A model generated the notes under the pieces. The model was not told the DNA's origin, made no database searches, and saw only the letters and a program-made list of their open reading frames with translations. The translations under genes were made by a program, and so were the position numbers. 64,000 bases of DNA from a bacterium (lineage in GTDB: Bacteria; Patescibacteriota; Patescibacteriia; Patescibacteriales; GWC2-42-12): contig JAUSEG010000017.1 in NCBI GenBank assembly GCA_030650415.1, forward strand, positions 16,885 through 80,884, in the 5' to 3' direction. Shown one piece after another: positions 24,822 to 32,907 of the stretch (position 1 is its first letter; each line of letters opens with the position of its first letter).

Positions 24822-24862
24822 AATGTTTGTTTGGCACATTCCCGAAAGCCGATTGAAACTGG

Positions 24863-25447
24863 TCAAGAAGATGGTTTTGTTTCAGTGACACTGACCATCT
24901 TTTGAAATCCTTCCTCGGTTACGAGGCCGGAGGCGATAGCCAGAGACGCGGCGGATCGTGCCGCACCTATACCGAAACCTCGCCTTTTCCCATTCATCTT
25001 TCCGAAGATGAATTGCGCCACTCGCTCCTGAAAGTCGATCTCCTCTGTCTGGTATTCAAGGCCGTGTTCAATAAAAAACCCGCTAATTAGACGAACGGCT
25101 TTTTTACCAACACCGCGGTAGTGAAGAAGCTGATAGTCGCTTTTACCACGGATGTCGCCGACTCGCTCAAACCCACACTTCGCCAACGGTCCAACGACCG
25201 AACCGGGGAAGACCTCTTCCAGCCGTAACATGTACAGCCCGACCCTGTCTCCCTTCAGCTTCTTTAATTTATTGGCTCGGGCGATTCGGGTTTCTGCCTC
25301 TTGGCGAATAGAACGTATCCGAGAAGAGGTAACCTTGAACCGATCAGCAATTGCCCTTACTTTCTCTCCGTTCGTCATTGCCGTCACAACGGCTTTTTCC
25401 CGATGGGTCAAGATTTCTAGGTTTTCGGCGCTGATATTAGTATTCAT
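24863..25447 (-). CDS. Island gene D: putative DNA-binding regulator (sigma70 region-4/LuxR-like HTH plus RpoA-CTD-like helix-hairpin-helix)
   Basis: LTHREKAVVTAMTNGEKVRAIADRFKVTSSRIRSIRQEA is an HTH. GPLAKCGFERVGDIRGKSDYQLLHYRGVGKKAVRLISGFF resembles alpha-CTD HhH. The 10-bp inverted repeat attgtgaat..attcacaat lies upstream. Confidence 0.55.
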   Translation of the reverse strand: MNTNISAENLEILTHREKAVVTAMTNGEKVRAIADRFKVTSSRIRSIRQEAETRIARANKLKKLKGDRVGLYMLRLEEVFPGSVVGPLAKCGFERVGDIRGKSDYQLLHYRGVGKKAVRLISGFFIEHGLEYQTEEIDFQERVAQFIFGKMNGKRRGFGIGAARSAASLAIASGLVTEEGFQKMVSVTETKPSS

Positions 25448-25736
25448 TGTTTTCCTTTTGTTTTTGTTGTTTGGTTAATTGTGAATCTAAAACCGGAAAA
25501 ATTCGAGTTCAAATTCACAATCAACCCAAAAGGAAAAAACTTAAGAATTCAAATTTAACTAGAGCATAAAATAATATAGCATATCTCATTCTGTTTGTCA
25601 ATACAAGTGGCAGTAAAATTATATATTTTAACTAAAATTAGCTAATTTATATTAATAGATTACGGATCAGAGGTCGCAATGACAATAAAAAAAGCAAGCC
25701 CAATTAAGAGTTTGCTTTTTTGTATTTTCAAAAGTT

Positions 25737-26021
25737 TTATTTCATTTGCGGTATGACATTGACGATTTTAGTGGCTACCAGTTTGCCATCGTATTTTTTT
25801 ATTTTTTTGGTGGTAAAGGTGACGAACCCGGCCACCATAGAGAATAGGGTATCGTCCTTGCCTTTTTCCACATTCTTGCCCGGCCGGTACTTAGTGCCGC
25901 GCTGGCGGATGATGATTGATCCGATTTTAGCGTAGCCGCCATCTTGGATTTTTACACCCAATCTTTTGCTTTGCGAATCGCGGCCGTAGACGGTTGAGCC
26001 GCCGGCTTTTTTATGCGCCAT
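25737..26021 (-). CDS. rpmA: 50S ribosomal protein L27
   Basis: [51 protein letters not shown] is the canonical L27 sequence. Confidence 0.97.
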   Translation of the reverse strand: MAHKKAGGSTVYGRDSQSKRLGVKIQDGGYAKIGSIIIRQRGTKYRPGKNVEKGKDDTLFSMVAGFVTFTTKKIKKYDGKLVATKIVNVIPQMK

Positions 26022-26108
26022 ATGATAATAAATTAAAAATAAAGGTCAAAAACAGTTGCTATTTTTGACTATTTTAATATAACAAATGCCTATATGAATG
26101 TCAAGGGC

Positions 26109-26136
26109 TTGACATAAATTTACGGCATGTTATTAT
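26109..26136 (+). promoter_or_regulatory. Sigma70-type promoter of the FTR1 permease gene
   Basis: TTGACA (26109..26114), 16-nt spacer, TATTAT (26131..26136). SD taggag lies 9 nt before the ATG at 26171. Confidence 0.5.
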
Positions 26137-26170
26137 ATGAATACCAACTAATTTAGTAGGAGATTAAAAT

Positions 26171-26977
26171 ATGCTGGAAAGTTCTATAATATCATTCAGA
26201 GAAATCTTGGAAGCCTCTTTAGTAATCGGCATTGTTTTGAGTTATTTGGTTAAGATAAAACAAACTAAATACAATAATGTCGTTTATCTGGGCGTGGTCG
26301 CCGGCATAAGCGCGAGCATAGTCGGCGCTTTGATATTTAATCAAGTTGCCGGCGGATTTACCGGCCGAGCCGAGCAAATATTCGAAGGGATTACCATGCT
26401 GGTTGGCGCTTTTCTTTTGACCACCATGATATTATGGATGATGAAGCGGAAGCATGTTGCCAAAGAGCTGGAAGACAAAGTGACTGCGGAAATAAGCGAA
26501 GCGCATAAATTTGGTTTATTTTTATTAGTTTTTGTCGCTGTCTTAAGAGAAGGCATAGAAACAGTTATTTTTTTGGGAGCGGCCAGTTTTACTTCAACCG
26601 GCAATAGTTTGATTGGGGCTTTAGCCGGAATAGTGGCGGCGATTTTATTGGGCTACGCTATATTCGTTGGCTCGATGAAAGTCAATTTAAAAAAGTTTTT
26701 TAATATCACCAGCATATTATTAATTTTTTTTGCCGCCGGATTGGTCGCGCACGGGATTCATGAATTTGAGGAAGCCGGCATAATTCCCATAGTCATAGAG
26801 CAGGTCTGGGACACTAACTCTATCATAGATGAAAATGGGATGGTCGGCGGCGTCTTAAAGGGGCTATTCGGGTATAATGGCAATCCTTCATTAATCGAAG
26901 TGTCAGGTTATTTAATTTATCTGTTCTCTATCTTTACGCTTTGGAGGAACATAGAAAAAGTTCATAAAGTAATTTAA
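26171..26977 (+). CDS. FTR1/EfeU-family high-affinity iron permease
   Basis: Seven TM helices with two REXXE-type motifs (REILEAS, REGIETV). Confidence 0.85.
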   Translation: MLESSIISFREILEASLVIGIVLSYLVKIKQTKYNNVVYLGVVAGISASIVGALIFNQVAGGFTGRAEQIFEGITMLVGAFLLTTMILWMMKRKHVAKELEDKVTAEISEAHKFGLFLLVFVAVLREGIETVIFLGAASFTSTGNSLIGALAGIVAAILLGYAIFVGSMKVNLKKFFNITSILLIFFAAGLVAHGIHEFEEAGIIPIVIEQVWDTNSIIDENGMVGGVLKGLFGYNGNPSLIEVSGYLIYLFSIFTLWRNIEKVHKVI

Positions 26978-27016
26978 CCCCCCTTCCCCCTTTTGAAGGG
27001 GGTCAATAAAGTAAAT

Positions 27017-27418
27017 ATGATATTTTCCACTCGTTCAACTTACGGCTTGAGGGCGATGATAAACCTGGGCAGACAGGAGAAGCTCGGCAGCGTTTCTTTA
27101 ACCGCCATCGCCAAGGAAGAAAATATTTCTTTAAAATATCTGGAAAGGCTGTTTTCCAATCTGAAAAAAGCCGGCTTGGTTAAGTCGGTGAAGGGCGCGT
27201 CAGGCGGTTATTCCTTAGCCAGCCAAGCCGGGCAAATTAATATTTATGATATAATTAAAGCGCTGGAAGGCGAGCTTAATCCTTTCCACTGCACCGGTAA
27301 AAATGAAAAAATTTATTGCAACAGCCGGTGCAACTGCGAAGTTACTTATGTTCTTTCAAGAGTGGAAGAAGCTATCAGCCGGAGCTTAAAAGATATAAAA
27401 TTAGATCAACTATTATGA
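27017..27418 (+). CDS. Rrf2-family transcriptional regulator (IscR-like)
   Basis: The ATG at 27017 (MIFSTRSTYGLRAMINLG...) is preferred over the track's TTG at 26993, which lies inside a repeat module. Cys cluster CTGKNEKIYCNSRCNC. Confidence 0.85.
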   Translation: MIFSTRSTYGLRAMINLGRQEKLGSVSLTAIAKEENISLKYLERLFSNLKKAGLVKSVKGASGGYSLASQAGQINIYDIIKALEGELNPFHCTGKNEKIYCNSRCNCEVTYVLSRVEEAISRSLKDIKLDQLL

Positions 27419-28155
27419 AAATTTTAGCCGTAGTTATAAGTTTGTTAATATTCGCCACTCCGGCTTTGGCCGAAAATAAATTAGATAGCGATAACGACGG
27501 CGTGCCGGATAAAGATGAAATAGAAATTTATCATACTGATCCGAATAAGGCAGATACCGACGGCGACGGCTATAACGATTGGCGGGAATTAAATACCGGG
27601 TTCTCTCCACACAACCCGGCACAAGTGAAACTGGCGGATAATGACGCAGACAGCGACGGCTTGTCTGACAGAATGGAATTAAATTTTTATACCGATTTGA
27701 CTAACCCCGACACCGACGACGACGGCTATAAGGACGGAGAGGAAATAAAAACCGGTTACGATCCCTTGAATCCCCAAAGAGTAAAATTAACTAAAAAAAT
27801 TGAAGTTAATACCGGCCGAGAGCAAAAATTATATTATTTTTTAAGCGATGTCAGGATGGGAGAATTTAAAATTTCTTCCGGGAAAGCCAGTACAGCCACG
27901 CCCAAAGGAAATTTTAAGATAGACGGAAAAGCTTTGCGAGCTTGGTCAAGCTATGGACTTTGGATGCCCTACTGGATGAGTTTAAAAAACGGCTATTTCG
28001 GCATTCATGAATTGCCGGTTTGGCCAAACGGGGTTAAGGAAGGAGAAAATCATTTAGGCCTACCGGTTTCTCACGGCTGTATAAGGCTGGGCGTCGGGCC
28101 GGCAAAATTTTTATATGATTGGGCGCCGATCGGCACGGCAGTGAAGATATATTAG
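27415..28155 (+). CDS. L,D-transpeptidase (YkuD) with thrombospondin-type-3-like Ca-binding repeats
   Basis: The ATG at 27415 overlaps the Rrf2 stop (ATGA). Signal peptide MKILAVVISLLIFATPALA. DSDNDGVPD/DTDGDGYND/DADSDGLSD/DTDDDGYKD repeats. Catalytic SHGCIRL. Confidence 0.85.
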   Translation: MKILAVVISLLIFATPALAENKLDSDNDGVPDKDEIEIYHTDPNKADTDGDGYNDWRELNTGFSPHNPAQVKLADNDADSDGLSDRMELNFYTDLTNPDTDDDGYKDGEEIKTGYDPLNPQRVKLTKKIEVNTGREQKLYYFLSDVRMGEFKISSGKASTATPKGNFKIDGKALRAWSSYGLWMPYWMSLKNGYFGIHELPVWPNGVKEGENHLGLPVSHGCIRLGVGPAKFLYDWAPIGTAVKIY

Positions 28156-28192
28156 GTTATCAAAAAATTGAGAATTATTATAAAAAAATTAA

Positions 28193-29518
28193 ATGTCTAT
28201 GGTAAAAAATAAAAAAAATAATATAGCTAGAGTATATCTTGATAATGCGGCGACCACGCCGACAGCCAAGGAGGTTTTAAAAGCCATGACGCCATATTTT
28301 TTTGATGTTTTGGGTAATCCATCGGCTTTGCATTTTGACGGGCGCCGGGCAAAAGGCGCGCTTGGTTTGGCTCGGCAGCAAGTAGCAAAAATAATTAACG
28401 CGGAGTCCGCCGAAATAATTTTTTGCGGCAGCGGCACGGAGTCGGATAATCTGGCAATTTTAGGCGCGGCCAGATTATATAAGCCGAAAGGCGCCCATCT
28501 TTTGACGACCAATATCGAGCATCACGCCGTTCTGCATTCGGTTGAGCGCTTGGAAAATAAAGAAGGTTTTAAAGTCTCAATTTTGGGGGTTGAGGAAAAC
28601 GGGATTATAAATTCGAAGAAAATTTTTGCCAATATCAGTCCGGAAACCATTTTGATCTCCGTGATGTACGCCAATAATGAAATTGGAACGATTCAGCCGA
28701 TAAAAAAAATCGGCGGGTTAATTAAAAAATGGAAACAGAAAAATAATCGCGGGCCGACAGAGCCGCCGTTTTTTCATACCGACGCTTGTCAGGCGGCCGG
28801 ATATTTAGATTTAGACGTTAAAAAATTGGGTGTTGACCTTATGACCTTAAACGGCAGTAAAATCTACGGACCCAAGGGCGTGGGTGTGCTTTACGTCAGG
28901 CGAGGCATCAGTTTGGAACCGCTGATTTTTGGCGGAGGCCAGGAAAGAGGATTAAGATCAGGCACGGAAAATTTAGCCGGCATCGTGGGTTTTGCCAAAG
29001 CTTTGGAATTGGCGCAAAAAAATCGAAAGAAAGAAATTTCGCGATTAACGATTTTAAGAGACTACTTTTTTAAACAAATTTTGAAAAATATTCCCAAAAC
29101 CTTTATTAATGGAGATTTAAAAAATCGATTGCCCAACAACGTTAATGTTTCAATCTTGGATATTGAGGGTGAAGCGATGCTCTTATACTTGGATGAAGCG
29201 GGCGTAAGCGCTTCGACCGGTTCAGCCTGCGATTCATCGCGGCTTGAACCATCGCATGTTATTTTAGCCTTGGGGCGGCCCTATGAATACGCCCATGGCA
29301 GCTTGCGCTTTACTCTGGGCAAGCAAACGACTAAAAAAGAGATTGATTATACCGTAAAAGAGCTTAAAAGAGTAACGGAAAAATTAAGAAAGATTTCTCC
29401 GTTAAATTTTAAACTCGGAGAAGAAAAGTTGTTTTGTCCATCAAGAATTTTCGTCCAAGGCGGCCGGCCGCATTGGGAAAGGAAAAAAATAAATAAGCCA
29501 GCCGCTGTAAAGCCATAA
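28193..29518 (+). CDS. Cysteine desulfurase (NifS/IscS class V aminotransferase), with ~45-aa C-terminal extension
   Basis: VYLDNAATTP, HTDACQA, SGSKIYGPKG-type PLP-lysine context (LNGSKIYGPKGVG), active-site SASTGSACDS. Confidence 0.9.
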   Translation: MSMVKNKKNNIARVYLDNAATTPTAKEVLKAMTPYFFDVLGNPSALHFDGRRAKGALGLARQQVAKIINAESAEIIFCGSGTESDNLAILGAARLYKPKGAHLLTTNIEHHAVLHSVERLENKEGFKVSILGVEENGIINSKKIFANISPETILISVMYANNEIGTIQPIKKIGGLIKKWKQKNNRGPTEPPFFHTDACQAAGYLDLDVKKLGVDLMTLNGSKIYGPKGVGVLYVRRGISLEPLIFGGGQERGLRSGTENLAGIVGFAKALELAQKNRKKEISRLTILRDYFFKQILKNIPKTFINGDLKNRLPNNVNVSILDIEGEAMLLYLDEAGVSASTGSACDSSRLEPSHVILALGRPYEYAHGSLRFTLGKQTTKKEIDYTVKELKRVTEKLRKISPLNFKLGEEKLFCPSRIFVQGGRPHWERKKINKPAAVKP

Positions 29519-29592
29519 AAAAATAAATAATAATTTCACATGATAGTTTCTGCCGCGGAGTAATTTACATTAAATTAATAATGTTTTAAAAT

Positions 29593-30267
29593 ATGAAAAA
29601 AGTTAAAAAGAAAATTAATTTTAAAAGCGATGTCATGAACCAATCTACCGGCCAATCGTGGGTATATTCCGATGTCGTTAAAGACCATTTTTTTAATCCG
29701 CAAAATTTACTTTTAGAAGATCCTGAGCCGGGTGAATACGATGCCGTAGGCGAAGTAGGCAGCCCGGCCTGCGGCGATGTCATGAAAATGTGGGTTAAGG
29801 TGGATAAAAAAAGCGATAAAATTAAGGATTTGAGATGGCGAACCTTCGGCTGCGGTTCGGCAATCGCCGCCACCTCGATGTTTTCCGCGATGGTTAAAGA
29901 GGCGGGCGGGATGAAAATAAACCTGGCCTTAAAAATCAAGCCCCAAGATATCATGAAGAGATTGGGCGGACTGCCGGAGAGAAAAATCCATTGCTCGGTG
30001 CTCGCTGATAAAGCTTTTAGAAAAGCCATGAATAACTATTTTAGGGTCAGCGACCAGCCCCAGAGGATTATCGCTCTAAGCGGAAGAATTATTGATAAGC
30101 GGCTGAACATCACTGATAAAGATATTGAAGAGGCGGTTTTGGAAGGCGCGCGCAATTTAGTGGAGGTGCAAAGAAAATTAAAAGTCGGCGTAGGCGACAA
30201 AGCGGCCATACCCGAACTTGAGCAGCTTATAAGATTTTATGTGGAAAAATATTACGGTAAAGGATAG
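29593..30267 (+). CDS. NifU/IscU-type Fe-S scaffold with degenerate central-domain-like extension
   Basis: GSPACGDVM, FGCGSAIA and IHCSVLA are the three scaffold Cys contexts. The C-terminal ~80 aa is BFD-like in layout but lacks the Cys ligands. Confidence 0.85.
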   Translation: MKKVKKKINFKSDVMNQSTGQSWVYSDVVKDHFFNPQNLLLEDPEPGEYDAVGEVGSPACGDVMKMWVKVDKKSDKIKDLRWRTFGCGSAIAATSMFSAMVKEAGGMKINLALKIKPQDIMKRLGGLPERKIHCSVLADKAFRKAMNNYFRVSDQPQRIIALSGRIIDKRLNITDKDIEEAVLEGARNLVEVQRKLKVGVGDKAAIPELEQLIRFYVEKYYGKG

Positions 30268-30323
30268 CTTTATGTTTTAAAATAAAATTAGTAGAGTTAA
30301 TAAATTATTAAGTTAAAAAATTT

Positions 30324-30599
30324 ATGGTAAAAGCTAAAATTATAAAAAAAACCGACTCTGCCGAAGCAATTGTGGATAAAATAAAGAAAGTTATTGATCA
30401 AATCAGGCCGTCTTTGCAAATGGACGGAGGAGATGTCCAATTCATTGATTTTAACGCCGAATCCGGCCTGTTAAAAGTTGAGTTAATCGGTCATTGCGCT
30501 CATTGCCCGATGTCAACCGTAACTTTAAAGCAGGGGATTGAGGCGGAAATTATGCGAACCGTGCCGGAGGTTAAAGAGGTCAGAGCGGTGCAGATGTAA
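30324..30599 (+). CDS. NifU C-terminal (Nfu-type) domain protein
   Basis: 91 aa. IRPSLQMDGGDV...GHCAHCPMS CxxC motif. Confidence 0.85.
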   Translation: MVKAKIIKKTDSAEAIVDKIKKVIDQIRPSLQMDGGDVQFIDFNAESGLLKVELIGHCAHCPMSTVTLKQGIEAEIMRTVPEVKEVRAVQM

Positions 30600-30700
30600 A
30601 ATTTTCAATTATTAATGAATTAATTTTTAAATGTTTATTTATTTTTTGTTTGGAAATTAAAACATTGAGACATTGTTTAGAAATTGAAAATTAGAAATTT
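30598..30700. repeat. AT-word palindromic element (degenerate copy)
   Basis: aaattttcaattattaatgaattaattttt ... aacattgagacattgtttagaaattgaaaattagaaattt. Confidence 0.7.
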
Positions 30701-30758
30701 TTAACTTAAAAATATTATAAAAAAATATATTTATTTAGACCATAGCGCCACCACGCCG

Positions 30759-31910
30759 GTGGACAAGGCGGTTCTAAAAGCGATGTTACCGTATTTTTCC
30801 GATAAATACGGCAACGCTTCTTCGCTTCATGCTTTCGGCCAAATAGCCGCCAAGGCGGTTAATCAAGCGCGGGAGAATATCGCTAAATTATTAAATTGCG
30901 GGATCGAAGAAGTAATTTTTACTTCCGGCGCCACCGAAGCGGATAATTTGGCGGTTTTCGGCTTGGTCAACGCTTTAAGAAAAAATAACAATGATAAGCT
31001 TCATATTATAACTTCAGCGATCGAGCATCCGGCGGTGCTGGAACCGTTAAAAATATTAGCAGGTCAGGGAGTCGAAGTCACCTATTTGCCGGTTGGCAAG
31101 AGCGGCCTGGTTGATTTGGAAATTTTTAAAAAGTCCATCAAAGACAACACGGTTTTAGTTTCGATTATGTATGTTAACAGTGAAATCGGCATTATTGAGC
31201 CGATCAGGGAAATTGGTGAAGTCATTGAAAAAATTAATGCCGAGAGAGCAGGCCAAGGCGGTAAGAAAAGAATTTATTTTCATACTGATGCCGTTCAGGC
31301 CTTAAATTTTTTGGATTGCGACACCAAAAAACTTCATCTCGATCTTTTATCATTTTCCGGACATAAAATATATGGGCCTAAGGGAATAGGCGTTTTATTC
31401 GTTAAATCCGGCACACCGATTCAAGGTCTGCAATTGGGCGGCCACCACGAAAAAAATTTAAGAAGCGGCACCTTAAACGTTCCGGGCATCGTCGGCCTCG
31501 CTGAAGCCTTAAGAACTTGCTCACGGGACAGAGAAAAAAACAATAAGAAAATTTTAAAATTGAGAAATAACTTTGTCGCTGCGGTTAAAAAGCGAATAAA
31601 AAACGTGAGAGTAAATACCGATTTAAAAAAATCCACGCCGTCGCTGGCCAGTATTTCTTTTGTTGGCGCCGAGGGCGAATCGATCTTAATCGCTTTGGAT
31701 TTAAGCGGCGTGGCGGTTTCTACCGGCTCGGCTTGCGCTTCGGCGAGCCTAAAGGCCTCGCCGGTCTTACTCGCTATCGGTATAAAAGAAGAAACCTGCC
31801 ATAGCACCATAAGGTTCAGTTTCGGAAAAAATAATACTGAAGCTGAGGTTAAAAAAGTCTTAAAAATATTACCACCGATAATTGAGAGATTAAGGAAAAT
31901 GGCTCCCTAG
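30759..31910 (+). CDS. Second cysteine desulfurase (NifS-like); true start upstream and non-canonical
   Basis: The track starts at GTG 30759, but the conserved N-terminus IYLDHSATTP is encoded in frame at 30726..30758. That frame opens at 30705 and has no ATG/GTG/TTG; only ATT (30714) and ATA (30717) are available. Confidence 0.85.
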   Translation: MDKAVLKAMLPYFSDKYGNASSLHAFGQIAAKAVNQARENIAKLLNCGIEEVIFTSGATEADNLAVFGLVNALRKNNNDKLHIITSAIEHPAVLEPLKILAGQGVEVTYLPVGKSGLVDLEIFKKSIKDNTVLVSIMYVNSEIGIIEPIREIGEVIEKINAERAGQGGKKRIYFHTDAVQALNFLDCDTKKLHLDLLSFSGHKIYGPKGIGVLFVKSGTPIQGLQLGGHHEKNLRSGTLNVPGIVGLAEALRTCSRDREKNNKKILKLRNNFVAAVKKRIKNVRVNTDLKKSTPSLASISFVGAEGESILIALDLSGVAVSTGSACASASLKASPVLLAIGIKEETCHSTIRFSFGKNNTEAEVKKVLKILPPIIERLRKMAP

Positions 31911-31992
31911 CTTTTAATCAATTTGCAGTCAGTTTAATAAAAAACGCCTCCCTAGCTTTTAATCAATTTGCAGTCAGTTTAATAAAAAACGC
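31903..31992 (+). repeat. 45-bp tandem duplication spanning the nifS-like stop codon
   Basis: ctccctagcttttaatcaatttgcagtcagtttaataaaaaacgc occurs twice (31903..31947, 31948..31992). The third unit begins but runs into the terminator stem. Confidence 0.9.
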
Positions 31993-32024
31993 CTCCGTCA
32001 AAATTTGACGGAGGCGTTTTTTAT
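31984..32024. terminator. Bidirectional terminator hairpin
   Basis: aaaaaacgcctccgtcaaa-at-ttgacggaggcgtttttt is a perfect 13-bp stem with A/T runs on both sides, between convergent genes. Confidence 0.85.
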
Positions 32025-32025
32025 T

Positions 32026-32304
32026 TTAACGGAAGGGGCTAATTATATCATTGATTTTTTTTGGTTGAGTTTTTTCTGTAATTTTATCGATTATTGAATT
32101 AAATTTTTCTATGTCCACGGTATAGAGGGCGACCTTTCCCTGGAGAACGATGATTTTTTTAGATTGGGTGATGGTTTGATAGAAGTTCTTATACAAAAAA
32201 ATGGAAACGAAAATTAAAACGATGGAAGTTATAAAAATAATAATCACGGTCAGCCAGCTGGAGATTTTTTTTGGGGATAAATTCAATTGTTTTTTTGTTA
32301 TCAT
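32026..32304 (-). CDS. Small membrane protein, last gene of the pilus cluster
   Basis: The ATG at 32304 (MITKKQLNLSPKKISSWLTVIIIFITSIVLIFVSIFLY...) lies 2 nt after the upstream stop. The track's longer start overlaps pilO-like by 92 nt. Confidence 0.5.
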   Translation of the reverse strand: MITKKQLNLSPKKISSWLTVIIIFITSIVLIFVSIFLYKNFYQTITQSKKIIVLQGKVALYTVDIEKFNSIIDKITEKTQPKKINDIISPFR

Positions 32305-32305
32305 A

Positions 32306-32899
32306 TTATTCCCAGTAAGTGTCGGCATCAATAAGCATATTAATAACTCCGCTCTTGCCTGCGGTTTCCGTCTGATCCTGGTTAGTTGTTTTTTCATTGC
32401 CAGCGGCGGGTGTAAGTTCCAATGACTTTACATTAATATAATAGCTCAATGATTCTAAATTTATAAGATATTTTAGCTGATTATTAAAATTTCCATTGGT
32501 CGAAAGCTGCAAATTATTTTTTTGTAACTCTTGGTTTTCTATGTTTTTCGGCGAGCTTAAATTTATTTTTTGGCTTACCTGGCTGTTATTAGCTTCGTTT
32601 TCTATAGTGGTGATGAATTCCAGTTCGCGATTTTTATTAATAAAAATTTGATCCAGCGAACTTAATTTAGGTTCAATCTTTTTAAGATTTTCCGTCAGTT
32701 GCCTTAAACTGCTGCCTTTAATATACTTTTTTTCCAGATCCACCATTTGCTCTTCTATTTTTTGGCTCATGGTTTGTATATCTTCAATTGTCGGAACAAC
32801 GATAAAATAAATCAAACCGAAAATTATTAAAACAAAGCCGACTATCATAACAATAATCTTGTTTTTTAAACTGAATTTTTGGTACTTGCTAAGTATCAT
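32306..32899 (-). CDS. PilO-like pilus assembly protein
   Basis: 197 aa: N-terminal TM helix then coiled coil. Follows pilM and pilN in the canonical order. Confidence 0.45.
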   Translation of the reverse strand: MILSKYQKFSLKNKIIVMIVGFVLIIFGLIYFIVVPTIEDIQTMSQKIEEQMVDLEKKYIKGSSLRQLTENLKKIEPKLSSLDQIFINKNRELEFITTIENEANNSQVSQKINLSSPKNIENQELQKNNLQLSTNGNFNNQLKYLINLESLSYYINVKSLELTPAAGNEKTTNQDQTETAGKSGVINMLIDADTYWE

Positions 32900-32907
32900 A
32901 AAGATTC

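Larger units (their letters stand above)
23294..25685 (-). mobile_element. ~2.4-kb compositionally foreign island between the two rpmA-3' copies; no integrase seen
   Basis: 58% G+C in line 23881-23940 versus ~30-40% in flanks. All plausible genes are on the minus strand. Internal 45-bp repeat x3. Bracketed by direct repeats of the rpmA end. Confidence 0.7.

Noticed and set aside
23498-25478. Many overlapping ORFs on both strands of the high-GC island (23498..23881-, 23585..23782+, 23712..23915+, 23804..24088+, 24081..24308-, 24160..24357+, 24638..24856+, 24902..25090+, 25152..25478+)
   Set aside because: High G+C depletes stop codons in all frames. These ORFs lack start contexts and hydrophobic or domain patterns, and they overlap the better-supported minus-strand genes A-D.
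25720-25935. 71-aa + strand ORF overlapping rpmA
   Set aside because: It is antisense to the unmistakable L27 gene, starts in the terminator region, and has no independent support.
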